Positions 26,358 through 37,490 of a stretch of DNA of 64,000 nt are shown here, in pieces. The DNA comes from Macrostomum lignano (lineage: Eukaryota). Numbering within the stretch: position 1 is the first letter of the stretch; the number at the start of each line of letters is the position of its first letter. Made by a program: the position numbers and the translations under genes. Under the pieces are notes generated by a model. That model saw only the letters and a program-made list of their open reading frames with translations. It had not been told where the DNA came from and did not search any database. The stretch is taken from assembly GCA_002269645.1 (NCBI GenBank), contig NIVC01000094.1, positions 62,001 to 126,000 of the forward strand. Reading direction: 5' to 3'.

Positions 26358-27530
26358 GGAATCTGGGAGGGCGGCAGCGGTGGCCCAGCAACTGAAGATC
26401 AGGGAGGCTGGCCCAGCAACTGGGGATCTGGGAGGCTGGCCCAGCAATTCAGGATCTGGGAGGCTGGCCCAGCAACTGAGGATCAGGGAGGCTGGCCCAG
26501 CAACTGAGGATCAGGGAGGCTGGCCCAGCAACTGAGGATCAGGGAGGCTGGCCCAGCAACTGAGGATCAGGGAGGCTGGACCAGCAATTGAGGATCAGGG
26601 AGGCTGGCCCAGCAACTGAGGATCTGGGAGGCTGGCCCAGCAATTCAGGATCTGGGAGGCTGGCCCAGCAACTGAGGATCAGGGAGGCTGGCCCAGCAAC
26701 TGAGGATCAGGGAGGCTGGCCCAGCAACTGAGGATCAGGGAGGCTGGCCCAGCAACTGAGGATCAGGGAGGCTGGACCAGCAATTGAGGATCAGGGAGGC
26801 TGGCCCAGCAATTGAGGATCAGGGAGGCTGGCCCAGCAATTGAGGATCAGGTAGGCTGGCCCAGAAACTGAGGATCTGGGAGGCTGGCCCAGCAACTGAG
26901 GATCTGGGAGGCTGGCCCAGCAATTGAGGATCAGGTAGGCTGGCCCAGAAACTGAGGATCTGGGAGGCTGGCCCAGCAACTGAGGATCTGGGAGGCTGGC
27001 CCAGCAATTGAGGATCAGGGAGGCTGGACCAGCAACTGAGGATCTGGGAGGCTGGCCCAGCAACTGAAGATCTGGGAGGCTGGCCCAGCAACTGAGGATC
27101 TGGGAGGCTGGCCCAGCAATTGAGGATCTGGGAGGCAATGGCCCAGCAACTGAGGATCTGGGAGGCTGGCCCAGCAACTGAGGATCTGGGAGGTTGGCCC
27201 AGCAACTGACACTCTGGGAGGCTGGCCCAGCAACTGACACTCTGGGAGGCTGGCCCAGCAACTGACACTCTGGGAGGCTGGCCCAGCAACTGAGGATCTG
27301 GGAGGCTGGCCCAGCAACTGAGGATCTGGGAGGCTGGCCGAGCAACTGAGGATCAGGGAGGCTGGCCCAGCAACTGAGGATCAGGGAGGCTGGCCCAGCA
27401 ACTGAGGATCAGGGAGGCTGGCCCAGCAACTGAGGATCAGGGAGGCTGGCCCAGCAACTGAGGATCAGGGAGGCTGGCCCAGCAACTGAGGATCTGGGAG
27501 GCTGGCTCAGCAATTGAGGATCTGGGAGGT
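26358..27530. repeat. 28-bp minisatellite (same family as 18512-21095)
   Basis: Unit gaggatc(t/a)gggaggctggcccagcaact. Confidence 0.95.
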
Positions 27531-27858
27531 GGCGGGGGTCGGGCTAACGATTTCTCTAAACTGAAAAAGCATAAATCAGAAGCATAGAGCCCATCTGTCA
27601 ATCAGTAAGCACTGGGGTGTCATTAGTGACAATCGGGTATTATATAAATAACGAAACTCAAAGTGTCAACAAAGCTTTTATTTTATTGGATGAACTGAAT
27701 TTCCAGGCAAAAAACGCAATCAGACTCTCTGGCATGAGCTGTCATTCCTGCTTTGGAAGAGAATAAGAAAATTTAAAGCAAACCTCTGAATATTCAACAA
27801 TAATCTCAGTACCTTTTTGCCAGTTGTCACTCAAACTACTTTTAATAATTTGCCATCA

Positions 27859-28690
27859 GTCCCAGTCACTCCTCATCAATCCCAGTCACTCCTCACCAAT
27901 CCCAGTCACTCCTCACCAATCCCAGTCACTCCTCACCAATCCCAGTCACTCCTCACCAATCCCAGTCACTCCTCACCAATCCCTGTCACTCCTCACCAAT
28001 CCCAGTCACTCCTCACCAATCCCAGTAACTCCTCACCAATCCCTGTCACTCCTTAGCAATCCCTGTCACTCCTCACCAATCCCAGTCACTCCTCACCAAT
28101 CCTAGTCACTCTCATCGATCCCAGTCACTCTCATCAATCCCAGTCACTCCTCACCAATCCCAGTCACTCCTCACCAATCCCAGTCACTCCTCACCAATCC
28201 CAGTCACTCCTCACCAATCCCAGTCACTCTCATCAATCCCTGTCACTCCTCACCAATCCCTGTCACTCCTCACCAATCCCTGTCACTCCTCACCAATCCC
28301 TGTCACTCCTTAGCAATCCCTGTCACTCCTCACCAATCCCAGTCACTCCTCACCAATCCTAGTCACTCTCATCAATCCCAGTCACTCCCCAGCAATCCCA
28401 GTCACTCCTCACCAATCCCAGTCACTCCCCAGCAATCCCTGTCACTCCTTAGCAATCCCTGTCACTCCTCACCAATCCCAGTCACTCCTCACCAATCCTA
28501 GTCACTCTCATCAATCCCAGTCACTCCCCAGCAATCCCAGTCACTCCCCAGCAATCCCAGTCACTCCTCACCAATCCCAGTCACTCCCCAGCAATCCCAG
28601 TCACTCCCCAGCAATCCCAGTCACTCCTCAGCAATCCCAGTCACTCCTTAGCAATCCCAGTCACTCCTCAGCAATCCCAGTCACTCCCCA
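27859..28690. repeat. 20-bp minisatellite (same family as 22030-23470)
   Basis: Unit caccaatcccagtcactcct; it abuts the stop codon of paralogue A. Confidence 0.95.
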
Positions 28691-28697
28691 GCTGAAG

Positions 28698-29401
28698 TCA
28701 CGGACGCTCGGCCGCCACCAGGAGGTTAATGTTGGAGAACAGCTCGGCTTCGGGGTCTCCCTGCTGCAGCGTCGGCAGCCCCTGGCCCAGCAGCTCGGCG
28801 ACCTCCTCCTTGGTGATGCGGCCGAGGCTGGCCAGCTCATGCAGCGAGTGCTTCACGTACGCGTCGACGTAGAAGTCGCCGAGCGGCGAGCGAAGCCGGT
28901 CGTGCAGGACGAAGGCGTCCCGAAGGCGCACCTCGAAGCCCGCGGCGGCGAGCGCGGAGCAGCAGCGGGCGGTGACGGGCGAGGCGGCGGGCCGCAGGAG
29001 GTCGGCGAGACGCGCCTGGACGGCCAGGGCGGCCGGGTTGGCGGCCTCGGAGGCGAACAGCTGCAGGGTGTCGTGAATGAAGTCCAGGATCACCAGGCGG
29101 CCGCCAGGACGCAGAGCCGAGCGGACGGCGGCCAGGGCGGTGGCGGTGTCGGCCAGGTGGTGGTACACGTTGGCCATCACGGCCAGGTCGAAGGCGCCTC
29201 CTGCCGGCAGCACCGCCGCCAGGTCCTCGGCGCTGCTCACTGCAAAGCGCGCGTTCGGGCGGCCCGCGAGCCGCGGCGCCAAGCGCTCGGCCAGTCTCGG
29301 CTCGGGGTCAACCAAGGTCACGCCGCCGGACGGGCCCACCGTGTCGCAGTAGAACTCGAGCAGCGGGGCGAAGCCGCAGCCCAGCTCGAGCACCTGCTGG
29401 C
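28698..29401 (-). CDS. Class I SAM-dependent methyltransferase (UbiE/Methyltransf_31-like), paralogue A, exon 2
   Basis: Acceptor ttccag, phase 1 matches exon 1. Motif I VLELGCGF, acidic VTLVDP, SAEDL, FDLAVMANVYHHL, LRPGGRLVILD; stop TGA 28700-28698. Full protein 275 aa. Confidence 0.88.
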
Positions 29402-30021
29402 CTGGAAGCGGAATGAAGGTGAAGGGTGAGAATAGTAGGGGCTGTATCTTAGTGGTCCAGCGCAGCGCTTGTAGATGCCAGCGGCCCAGGCTCGATTCCA
29501 AGTGCAGTCAACATTAATTTGGGGCTGAATTGCTTCACACCTGCTCAGGGGAGTTGGCGGAATGGGCAGCGATGCCTCTCGCCGGTTGTGCGAAAATGTT
29601 GCTTAACGTGCGCCATGGTGCACACAGCCCCCTGGCCCCTAATAGAAAGGTGAGAATAGGTCGTGTGTCCCGATTGGGTGAGCACAGCATGCCTGTGCAG
29701 CATACAGGGGGACCCAAAGACACTTTCCAATCCCATCTGTCAAGGGAAAAACCGCAGTTAAGAATGCCCATTCTGCCTCTCCGGATCTCAGGCCAGACAA
29801 TTTCTACCAGCTCGTCCGCTACCTGAGGGCGGACAAAGCAACCATCCACCTTATGGACTTTTCGTAGGGGGAGCGCGCTGCGGACACCAGCACCACCGAA
29901 TCTCCCTGTGCGACAGCGCAGCACCAGCTGCACGTGGTCGCCAGGGGTCAGCGGAATGGGCGGCGACGCCTCTTGCATTTTGCAGCTAAGTCAGGCAAGT
30001 CCTGATTAGGTCTGGGGTGCC

Positions 30022-30770
30022 GTGGATGGGTCAGGTATATACTGGATGGGTCAGGTGTATCCTGGATGGGTCAGGTGTATCCTGGATGGGTCAGGTATAT
30101 ACTGGATGGGTCATGTATATCCTGGATGGGTGAGGTATATCCTGGATGGGTCAGGTATATCCTGGATGGGTCAGGTATATCCTAGATGGGTCAGGTATAT
30201 ACTGGATGGGTCAGGTGTATCCTGGATGGGTCAGGTATATCCTGGATGGGTCAGGTATATCCTGGATGGGTCAGGTATATCCTGGATGGGTCAGGTATAT
30301 CCTGGATGGGTCAGGTATATACTGGATGGGTCAGGTGTATCCTGGATTGGTCAAGTGAGGCCTAGGTGTGTCCTGGATGGGTCAGGTGTACCAGGTGTGT
30401 CCTGGATGGGTCAGGTGTACCAGGTGTGTCCTGGATGGGTTAGGACTCAGGTGTACCAGGTGCGTCCCGGATGGTCAGGTGTACCAGGTGTGTCCTGGAT
30501 GGGTCAGGACTCAGGTGTACCAGGTGCGTCCCGGATGGTCAGGTGTACCAGGTGTGTCCTGGATGGGTCAGGACTCAGGTGTACCAGGTGCGTCCCGGAT
30601 GGTCAGGTGTACCAGGTGTGTCCTGGATGGGTCAGGACTCAGGTGTACCAGGTGCGTCCCGGATGGTCAGGTGTACCAGGTGTGTCCTGGATGGGTCAGG
30701 TGTACCAGGTGTGTCCTGGATGGTCAGGTGTACCAGGTGTGTCCTGGATGGGTCAGGCGTGTATCTGATA
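30022..30770. repeat. Intronic minisatellite: 20-bp tcctggatgggtcaggtata grading into a ~64-bp composite unit
   Basis: Tandem array within the paralogue A intron. Confidence 0.92.
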
Positions 30771-30826
30771 CTGCATAGGTGTCAGACAGGTCCTGGAAGA
30801 AATCTGCATTTCCCCTTCACTCTCAC

Positions 30827-30950
30827 CTTCTGCTAGACCGGCTTTCTTAAGAAAGTCAGTCAGCCTGTCCTTCTTCAGTTCAAAGTCGCGCTTTAAGATG
30901 TCTTCGAAGACAAAAAAGTCGTGTTGATGCTGCTGGTGACTCTGCGACAT
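30827..30950 (-). CDS. Methyltransferase paralogue A, exon 1
   Basis: ATG 30950, MSQSHQQHQHDFFVFEDILKRDFELKKDRLTDFLKKAGLAE-G|gtgaga (124 nt). It joins exon 2 in frame and a homologous exon is present in paralogue B. Confidence 0.82.
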
Positions 30951-31244
30951 TGCTCAAAAAGCAGAAGCAAGGTTTTTAAAAGCGCAATTTCTAATTCATA
31001 ACCTCCGATATGAGCAGCCTTGAAGCTATACTCGGGTTTCTAAAGTAGCTAATACTTGGGCTAGATTGCCAATTCTGATACTCGTAGACTGGGTGTCGCC
31101 GAACAAAACCAGGCAATCCCGCTCAGAAAATCGACATTGACAACAGGCACTTAAGAGCCAGAGTGGAATTATAAATTGCTGTAGAAAATATTCAAGCATT
31201 TTTATATGGCTCTATGGAAAAGAACGTTGCTATTTATCCGTATC

Positions 31245-31500
31245 ACTCCGCTAGCACCCCCCTCACTCCACTGGCGCCCACCTCCCTCCGCTAGCACCCC
31301 CTCACTCCACTGGCACCCACCTCACTCCGCTAGCACCCCCCTCACTCCACTGGCACCCACTTCCCTCCGCTGGAACCCACCTCACGCCGATGACACCCTA
31401 ATGGCACCCACCTCACTTCGCTGATACCTACCTCACTCCGCTAACACCCACCTCACTCCGCTAACACCCACCTCACGCCGCTGACTCTCACCTCACTCCA
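31245..31500. repeat. Degenerate 20-bp minisatellite cacctcactccgctagcacc
   Basis: Reverse complement of the array at 33330-33627. Confidence 0.85.
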
Positions 31501-32195
31501 TTTCATTAGATTATACAAGGGCTAGATTAGCAATGCATTAATTTGTTAGAAATTCACTGCACATCACAAATTACAATGTCATTACTCGTATATATTATGC
31601 TACCTAATGCTGAATCGAATATGCAGAGAAATTAATAAAAAAGAGCTCTTGAGCAGTTGATTTGCGCATCAAATTGATTATCCTTGCATTGTCAGCTGCA
31701 GGTGAACTCTCCAGCGGTTGAATAAACTATTGACTTTTTATTTGGAATGCACTCTGACTCAATACCAGCTATATAATTGTGAAAGCAGACTGAATTGCAA
31801 ACAGGCAACAGAAGCAACAAAAGTTTCTTGAAGAAAACCAAAAGTTACAGCGAATTAAATGTGGGATTCAACACGGCAACTGGCCGACACCGATAAAAAA
31901 CTGAAAGCAGAAGACAGAGAAGCCAAAACGAGTGTGGGTACTGAAAGGCAGACAATAGAGCTGAACTTAGCATTGGCCAGGAGCTCGGGAATACTTGCTG
32001 TTGGAAAGAAAAAGTTGCTGACAAATGCACCTTTTGATTCAAGAGCCACCAGCGGAACAGGATGCTGGAGCGAATGATGATGCAGCTGTAATGGCAGCGT
32101 TTAACAAATATAACAACCTTTACTATATTGTTATTCAAGTCACGTCAAGAGAACCCTGGATACGAGCGTAGCGCAAAGAAGACTAATTAATGAAG

Positions 32196-32667
32196 CAGTC
32201 ACGTGATCTCTGGGGATCCACTATTCCGTCACGTGATCTCTGGGGATCCACTATTGAGTCACGTGATCTCTGGGGATCCACTATTCAGTCACATGATCTC
32301 TGGGGATCCACTATTCAGTCACGTGATCTCTGGGGATCCACTATTCAGTCACATGATCTCTGGGGATCCACTATTCAGTCACGTGATCTCTGGGGATCCA
32401 CTATTCAGTCATGATCTCTGATGATCCACTATTCAGTCACGTGATCGCTGATGATCCACTATTCAGTCACGTGATCGCTGATGATCCACTATTCAGTCAC
32501 GTGATCGCTGATGATCCACTATTCAGTCACGTGATCGCTGATGATCCACTATTCAGTCACGCGATCGCTGATGATCCACTATTCAGTCACATGATCCCAT
32601 TATTCAGTCACGTGACCGCTGATGATCCACTATTCAGTCACATGATCCCATTATTCAGTCACGTGAT
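32196..32667. repeat. 30-bp minisatellite cagtcacgtgatctctggggatccactatt (E-box core)
   Basis: Two sub-variants; about 10 perfect TCACGTGA. Confidence 0.92.
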
Positions 32668-33329
32668 TTCAAAGCCGGGTTCCTGAAGAAGACACATCTC
32701 ATGACTCGGTTCAAGCCCGTGTGGCGTGAGAAAAATCCAATAAAATACAAATTGAAACAAAATCCAATTAAAACAAAGCCATACACAAAGAGACCCAATC
32801 ACCGATAAACGCGAGCGCAAATGACGAAAAACAAAAAAGGAAACTCCAAAAACTGTCTAAAATTATTAAATAACCGTCGAATGAAAAAAGATTGCAACGT
32901 TCTCAACAAAAATCTACTCTGCGTGGAAAGACACAAAAGACCTCTTTGGAGCCAAAGTATTTTTATCAAGCAAACGAAAAAAATAATTTAGGCAAAAATA
33001 AGACATCCAATATATGTTTGACACTTATGCGCAAAATGCACTGTAACAGTGCACAGGAAACACAACAACAACCAGAAACCGGTGACCAAATATCTAACAG
33101 CGAACAGAAACAAATAAACCCGCTCAGAAATCATTAAATTGATAACAGGTGCCGAAGAGACCAAGCCCGATTGGGATTACAAGCATCTATAAATGATGAG
33201 CTAATTAAGCAATTTTATACGGCTTTCAGCAAAAAATTGCATTTATCTGCCGCACTCCGCCGGCACCCACCCCACACTCCGCTTCGCTCATAATTCGAAC
33301 CGCTGGAAGCCTCTCTAAAAGCCGCAAGC

Positions 33330-33627
33330 TCGAGTGAGGTTGGTGCTAGCGGAGTGAGGTGGGTGCTAGCGGAGTGAGGTGGGTGCTAGCGGAGTGAGGT
33401 GGGTGCTAGCGGAGTGAGGTGGGTGCGAGCGGAGTGAGGTTGGTGCTAGCGGAGTGAGGTGGATGCTAGCGGAGTGAGGTGGGTGCTAGCGGAGTGAGGT
33501 GGGTGCGAGTGGAGTGAGGTGGGTGCTATTGGAGTGAGGTGGGTGCTAGCGGAGTGAGGTGGGTGCTAGCGGAGTGAGGTGGGTGCTAGCGGAGTGAGGT
33601 GGGTGCTATCGGAGTGAGGTGGGTGCT
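33330..33627. repeat. 20-bp minisatellite ggagtgaggtgggtgctagc
   Basis: About 15 units, immediately 3' of the RBBP6 stop. Confidence 0.95.
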
Positions 33628-33639
33628 CAGACACTCATT

Positions 33640-34015
33640 CTATAGAGCAAAGCTTTTGCCCACAGTCTTGTCAATGACGCCGTCGTCCACGGAGTTGACG
33701 CGCGCATCGTTATAGTCGCATTTTTCCACAACGAAAATATCGTCCCCAATAGAGCTGTCGCCGCCGTCAGTCTCGGACTCGCATTCGCCCTCCTCTCGAT
33801 CCGATTCCGTTCTGTCCGGCAGGGCGGCTGCCGACGCGGCCGAGCAGGCCATCTCTTCGAGTTTTGCCTTATCGAATTGCACGCTTCCGTCGGTGCGGAC
33901 AGGGGAGATAACGACTGCGGGGGCGTCGGCGATTGGCTGCTGAGCATCGGGAGCTTCCACAGGCGCAGTAACTGCCGCCGATGATGTGCCGCTGCTGCAG
34001 TACTGATCGATCATC
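33640..34015 (-). CDS. RBBP6: RBBP6-like protein, exon 7 (last)
   Basis: Acceptor caacag|G ATG ATC, phase 2 matches exon 6; acidic tail; stop TAG 33642-33640. Confidence 0.72.
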
Positions 34016-34039
34016 CTGTTGGTTGTGGCGAATTAGAAA

Positions 34040-34040
<1 letters not shown>

Positions 34041-34098
<58 letters not shown>

Positions 34099-34101
34099 CT
34101 G
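34041..34101. repeat. (GTCT)n microsatellite in RBBP6 intron 6
   Basis: Read directly. Confidence 0.95.
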
Positions 34102-34124
34102 TACGAGCCTGCTATGAGTCTCAC

Positions 34125-34864
34125 CTGGAAAAAGTTCGATAAGCCACCGGGCTCGGGCTGACGGTCACGCGGCGTCGTTTTGGAATCGGCGAGCTGTCAT
34201 CGCGGCGACGATCGCGCGGACTTCGAGGACTCCGAGGACTGCGCGGACAGCGGCGGCCGCGGTGACGACTGCGGCTGCGACTGCGGCTTCTACCAGCATC
34301 GGCCTTGTCGCTTCTGCCTCGACGTTTGCTGCCGTCATCGGCATTACGGGATCTACCGGAGTGCCGTCTGGACGACGATCGGGACTGGGACCGGCGCTGC
34401 CGACTGCCGCTGTTTCCATAGTAACGACAGTCCCCAACTGGGCGCCTCGAGCTGCGCGATCGGCCGCCGCGGTCAACAGCAGCAGCCTGGCCGTGGCGGC
34501 CGTCAGCGGATGGAATTTGGTGCGCCAGCTGCGCCGAGCGGAACTCGGCCTCGGTGAGCGGCCGGCCGCCCGTCGGGCCAGCTGAGTAGATCGGCGCGCC
34601 CTGATGGGGCAGCGGGTAGGCCAGGCCGGGCTGGCAGTAGTATCCCAGCTGCTGGTAGGCAGCAGCGCACGCCATCTGGGCCTGCTGGTAATACTGCATG
34701 GCGTAGTCGGCCGCTGTGAAATACCCGCCATTGGCCGCCTGCCATGCGTAGCACTGCGCCGTCTGCTGCTCGTCCATCGACGCTGGCGGCGGCGGCGGCG
34801 TTGGGCCTTTGGACTCGGTCGGAGACGACGGCACTGTGGAGTCTGCGACGGTCGACTGGTTGCG
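34125..34864 (-). CDS. RBBP6: RBBP6-like protein, exon 6 (Pro/Gln/Tyr-rich and RS-rich region)
   Basis: Acceptor ccctcag|CGC; donor AG|gtgaga; RSRSRSRSRH and SPRSPRSPR tracts typical of the RBBP6 RS region. Confidence 0.8.
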
Positions 34865-34879
34865 CTGAGGGGGTGGGGT

Positions 34880-35220
34880 GGGTGGACCGAAGAGTCAGCC
34901 ACCTTATGGGGTGTTGTGTAACCCTTCGAGCTGTTGTGCAACCCTCCAGGCTGTTGTGCAACCCTTCAGGCTGTTGTGTAACCCTTCAGGCTGTTGTGCA
35001 ACCCTTCAGGTGGAAGTTTAACCCTTCAGGCTACTGTGTAACACTTTAGGTGACATTTCAGATTGTGCAACCCTCAGGCCGTTCTGTGACCCCTTCAGAT
35101 GGTTTTTGAACACTTTAGACTGTTGTGTAACCCTTTAGCTTGTTGTGTAACCCTTCACAATGTTTTCTAACTCTTCAGGCTGTTTAAAACCTTCACGCTG
35201 CTGGTTAAACCTTCAGGTTG
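34880..35220. repeat. Degenerate ~21-bp repeat aacccttcaggctgttgtg in RBBP6 intron 5
   Basis: Repeated motif read directly. Confidence 0.75.
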
Positions 35221-35357
35221 CTATAAGTGTTCCGATAACTTTTGTAAAAAATCTTATGGTAGCTGCTTAAACCCTCAAGTTGTATAATTTATAGAAATCT
35301 TTTTGGACTGTTGGCAAACAGCAAGCGCACTAATTTACTGTAAGTAGAAAGGCGAAC

Positions 35358-35820
35358 CTGATTGTCAGCAATGAACCTGGCGACCGCTTCGCCCAGATTC
35401 CGGTTCGGCACTAGGCAGTCAACGTCGGCCACTTTGTCCCGACAGGCCGGGCAGCGGTGCAGGCTGGGGCTGCCGGCCTCAAATAGGGCGGTGTGGAGGC
35501 AGCGCTTGCAGGCGGTGGCGCCGCAGCAGATGAGGATGTGCGGCTCCTGCATCAGCTGGCGGCACAGGAGGCAGCGCATGGCGCTCGGCACCGATTGGTC
35601 GGAGTCCGCGCGGCACTCAGCGGCCCTCGAGCCGTCGGCAGCGTCAGCGGCGGCGACGACAACGACGGTAGACTGCGCAGGCGGCGACTGGGTAGCGGCG
35701 ACTATCCCAGCGTCGGGAGACTGCGAGTCGCTATCGACTTCTTGGTCGGCTCGGCGGGACCGGGGATTTTCCTCGGCGCTGAACGGCCGCTTCTCCTTCT
35801 TGCCCTGCGCCTTCGCCTCG
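35358..35820 (-). CDS. RBBP6: RBBP6-like protein, exon 5 (RING/U-box-like finger)
   Basis: EAKAQGKKEKRPF (compare EAYAIGKKEKPPF in vertebrate RBBP6) ...CLLCRQLMQEPHILICCGATACKRC...CPACRD...LVPNRNLGEAV; donor CAG|gttcgc. Confidence 0.9.
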
Positions 35821-35853
35821 CTTCACGGGTGGGGGCGGGGTGCAGACTGCAGC

Positions 35854-36205
35854 GGACACTGGGAGTCCCACACCGGGACAGGGGGTGGGGTTGGCCAATT
35901 GAAGGACACTGGGAGTCCCACACCGGGACAGGGGGTGGGGTTGGCCAATCGGCGGACACTGGGAGTCCCACACCGGGACAGGGGGTGGGGTTGGCCAATC
36001 GACGGGCACTGAAAGTCCCACACAGAGACAGGGGGTGGGGTTGGCCAAGGAGTCCCACACAGGGACAGGGGGTGGGGTTGGCCAAGGAGTCCCACACAGG
36101 GACAGGGGGTGGGGTTGGCCAATCGGCGGATACTGAGAGTCGCACACAGGGACAGGGGGTGGGGTTGGCCAATCGGCGGACACTGGGAGTCCCACACCGG
36201 GACAA
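35854..36205. repeat. 50-bp G-rich minisatellite in RBBP6 intron 4
   Basis: Unit ggacactgggagtcccacaccgggacagggggtggggttggccaatcggc. Confidence 0.9.
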
Positions 36206-36243
36206 TGGGACAGACCAGCCCAAAAAGCAAGCCGGCCACTCAC

Positions 36244-36495
36244 GCGTCCATCTTGGGCACGGCGTATCGGCCGTCCTTCATCAGGTAGGCGCCGTCCACT
36301 TTGGTCGGCAGGATCTGCAGGAAGTCGCTGGGGATGCCGCTCGGCCGCTGCACCCTGGCCGGGTCCAGTCGATTGCCGGAGCAGTCGGTGAGGCCCGGAC
36401 ACTGGCGGGCCCAGTGCTGGCCGGACACGCGGCACCGGTTGCAGGTGTAGCCGGCGGGCGGCGGACCGTCCGGTCGGGGCTGCTGGCTGCGGAAG
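36244..36495 (-). CDS. RBBP6: RBBP6-like protein, exon 4 (zinc knuckle)
   Basis: PPPAGYTCNRCRVSGQHWARQCP...RVQRPSGIPSDF...GAYLMKDGRYAVPKMDA; cag|C acceptor and GC|gtgagt donor. Confidence 0.9.
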
Positions 36496-36584
36496 CTGCG
36501 GCGGGGCGAGGATGAAGGAATTAAGAATATGAGAGATTTAATCGCTGTAGGAACTGCTCAGATGGACTCATGGGAACTGTTAGA

Positions 36585-36920
36585 TTCCAGTGCCATTGGG
36601 TATCCCTCAGATGCCAGTGTCATGGGGAATCCCTCAGATGCCAGTGTCATGGGGAATCCCTCAGGTGCCAGTGTCATGGGGAATCCCTCAGATGCCAGTG
36701 TCATGGGGAATCCCTCAGATGCCAGTGTCATGGGGAATCCCTCAGATGCCAGTGTCATGGGGAATCCCTCAGATGCCAGTGTCATGGGGAATCCCTCAGA
36801 TGCCAGTGTCATGGGGTATCCCTCAGATGCCAGTGTCATGGGGAATCCCTCAAATGCCAGTGTCATGGGGAATCCCTCAGATGCCAGTGTCATGGGGTAT
36901 CCCTCAGATTCCAGTGTCAT
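36585..36920. repeat. 27-bp minisatellite gggaatccctcagatgccagtgtcatg in RBBP6 intron 3
   Basis: About 12 units. Confidence 0.95.
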
Positions 36921-37207
36921 TTTTCAGATGACAAGTGTCAATGAGAAACTTTGGTCTTTTAAATGTCAGAAAAAGCATACATAGATTTTGATTAAAATTT
37001 AAACTGGAGGAAACAGAAAGGGACTTCTTGAACTTTAGGTACGTAAAATACTTCCGATTTTTCTGAAACTTTTGCCAGAGTCTTAGAGGCTGTTCAAAAT
37101 GATGATAAAGCAAAAAAACTGCAAAAAATTACCTTCACAGTTAACAGGAGGTCGATTTGTTAATAGTCTACATAATTAGTGATAATTTGATGCAAGCAGT
37201 TTCGGAG

Positions 37208-37483
37208 CATACATGCGCAACAGTCGGCCGAGTCGGCCGATCCGGCCGACCGATTTGGCGGCCAACCAAGGAAGTCGCAAAAATGCCCACCCGAAAAACA
37301 CACACCGAAGTAGTAGTACTAAGTAGCTGACGAGGCATTTAGGCTTTATAAGACAGTCCTAGTTACTCCTGCCGTTTACCCAAAGTTGCGTTAATTTTTC
37401 TTTACGGATTCTTACATCTAAGTCGCATTTTTGTTAAAACTTAGTCGCACGGCCGACCGAATTTTGGAGGTTGCGCATGTATG
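37208..37483. mobile_element. 276-bp MITE with 14-bp TIR CATACATGCGCAAC and 8-bp TSD TTTCGGAG (hAT- or P-type)
   Basis: TIRs at 37208-37221 and 37470-37483. Left TSD 37200-37207; the right TSD is restored once the adjacent hAT is removed. Confidence 0.8.
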
Positions 37484-37490
37484 TTTCGGA

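Noticed and set aside
7578-27345. Many long ORFs such as (RHTEHQVRRTCQT)n, (AVAISLWLLQSVYGCCNQS)n, (ESFRISFGVIQ)n and (PVTPQQSQSL)n
   Set aside because: They are translations of minisatellites that are open in several frames, with no splice or homology support.
32410-32580. CTGATGA hammerhead-ribozyme core in the E-box satellite
   Set aside because: No GAAA element or stem II/III arrangement is present in the unit.
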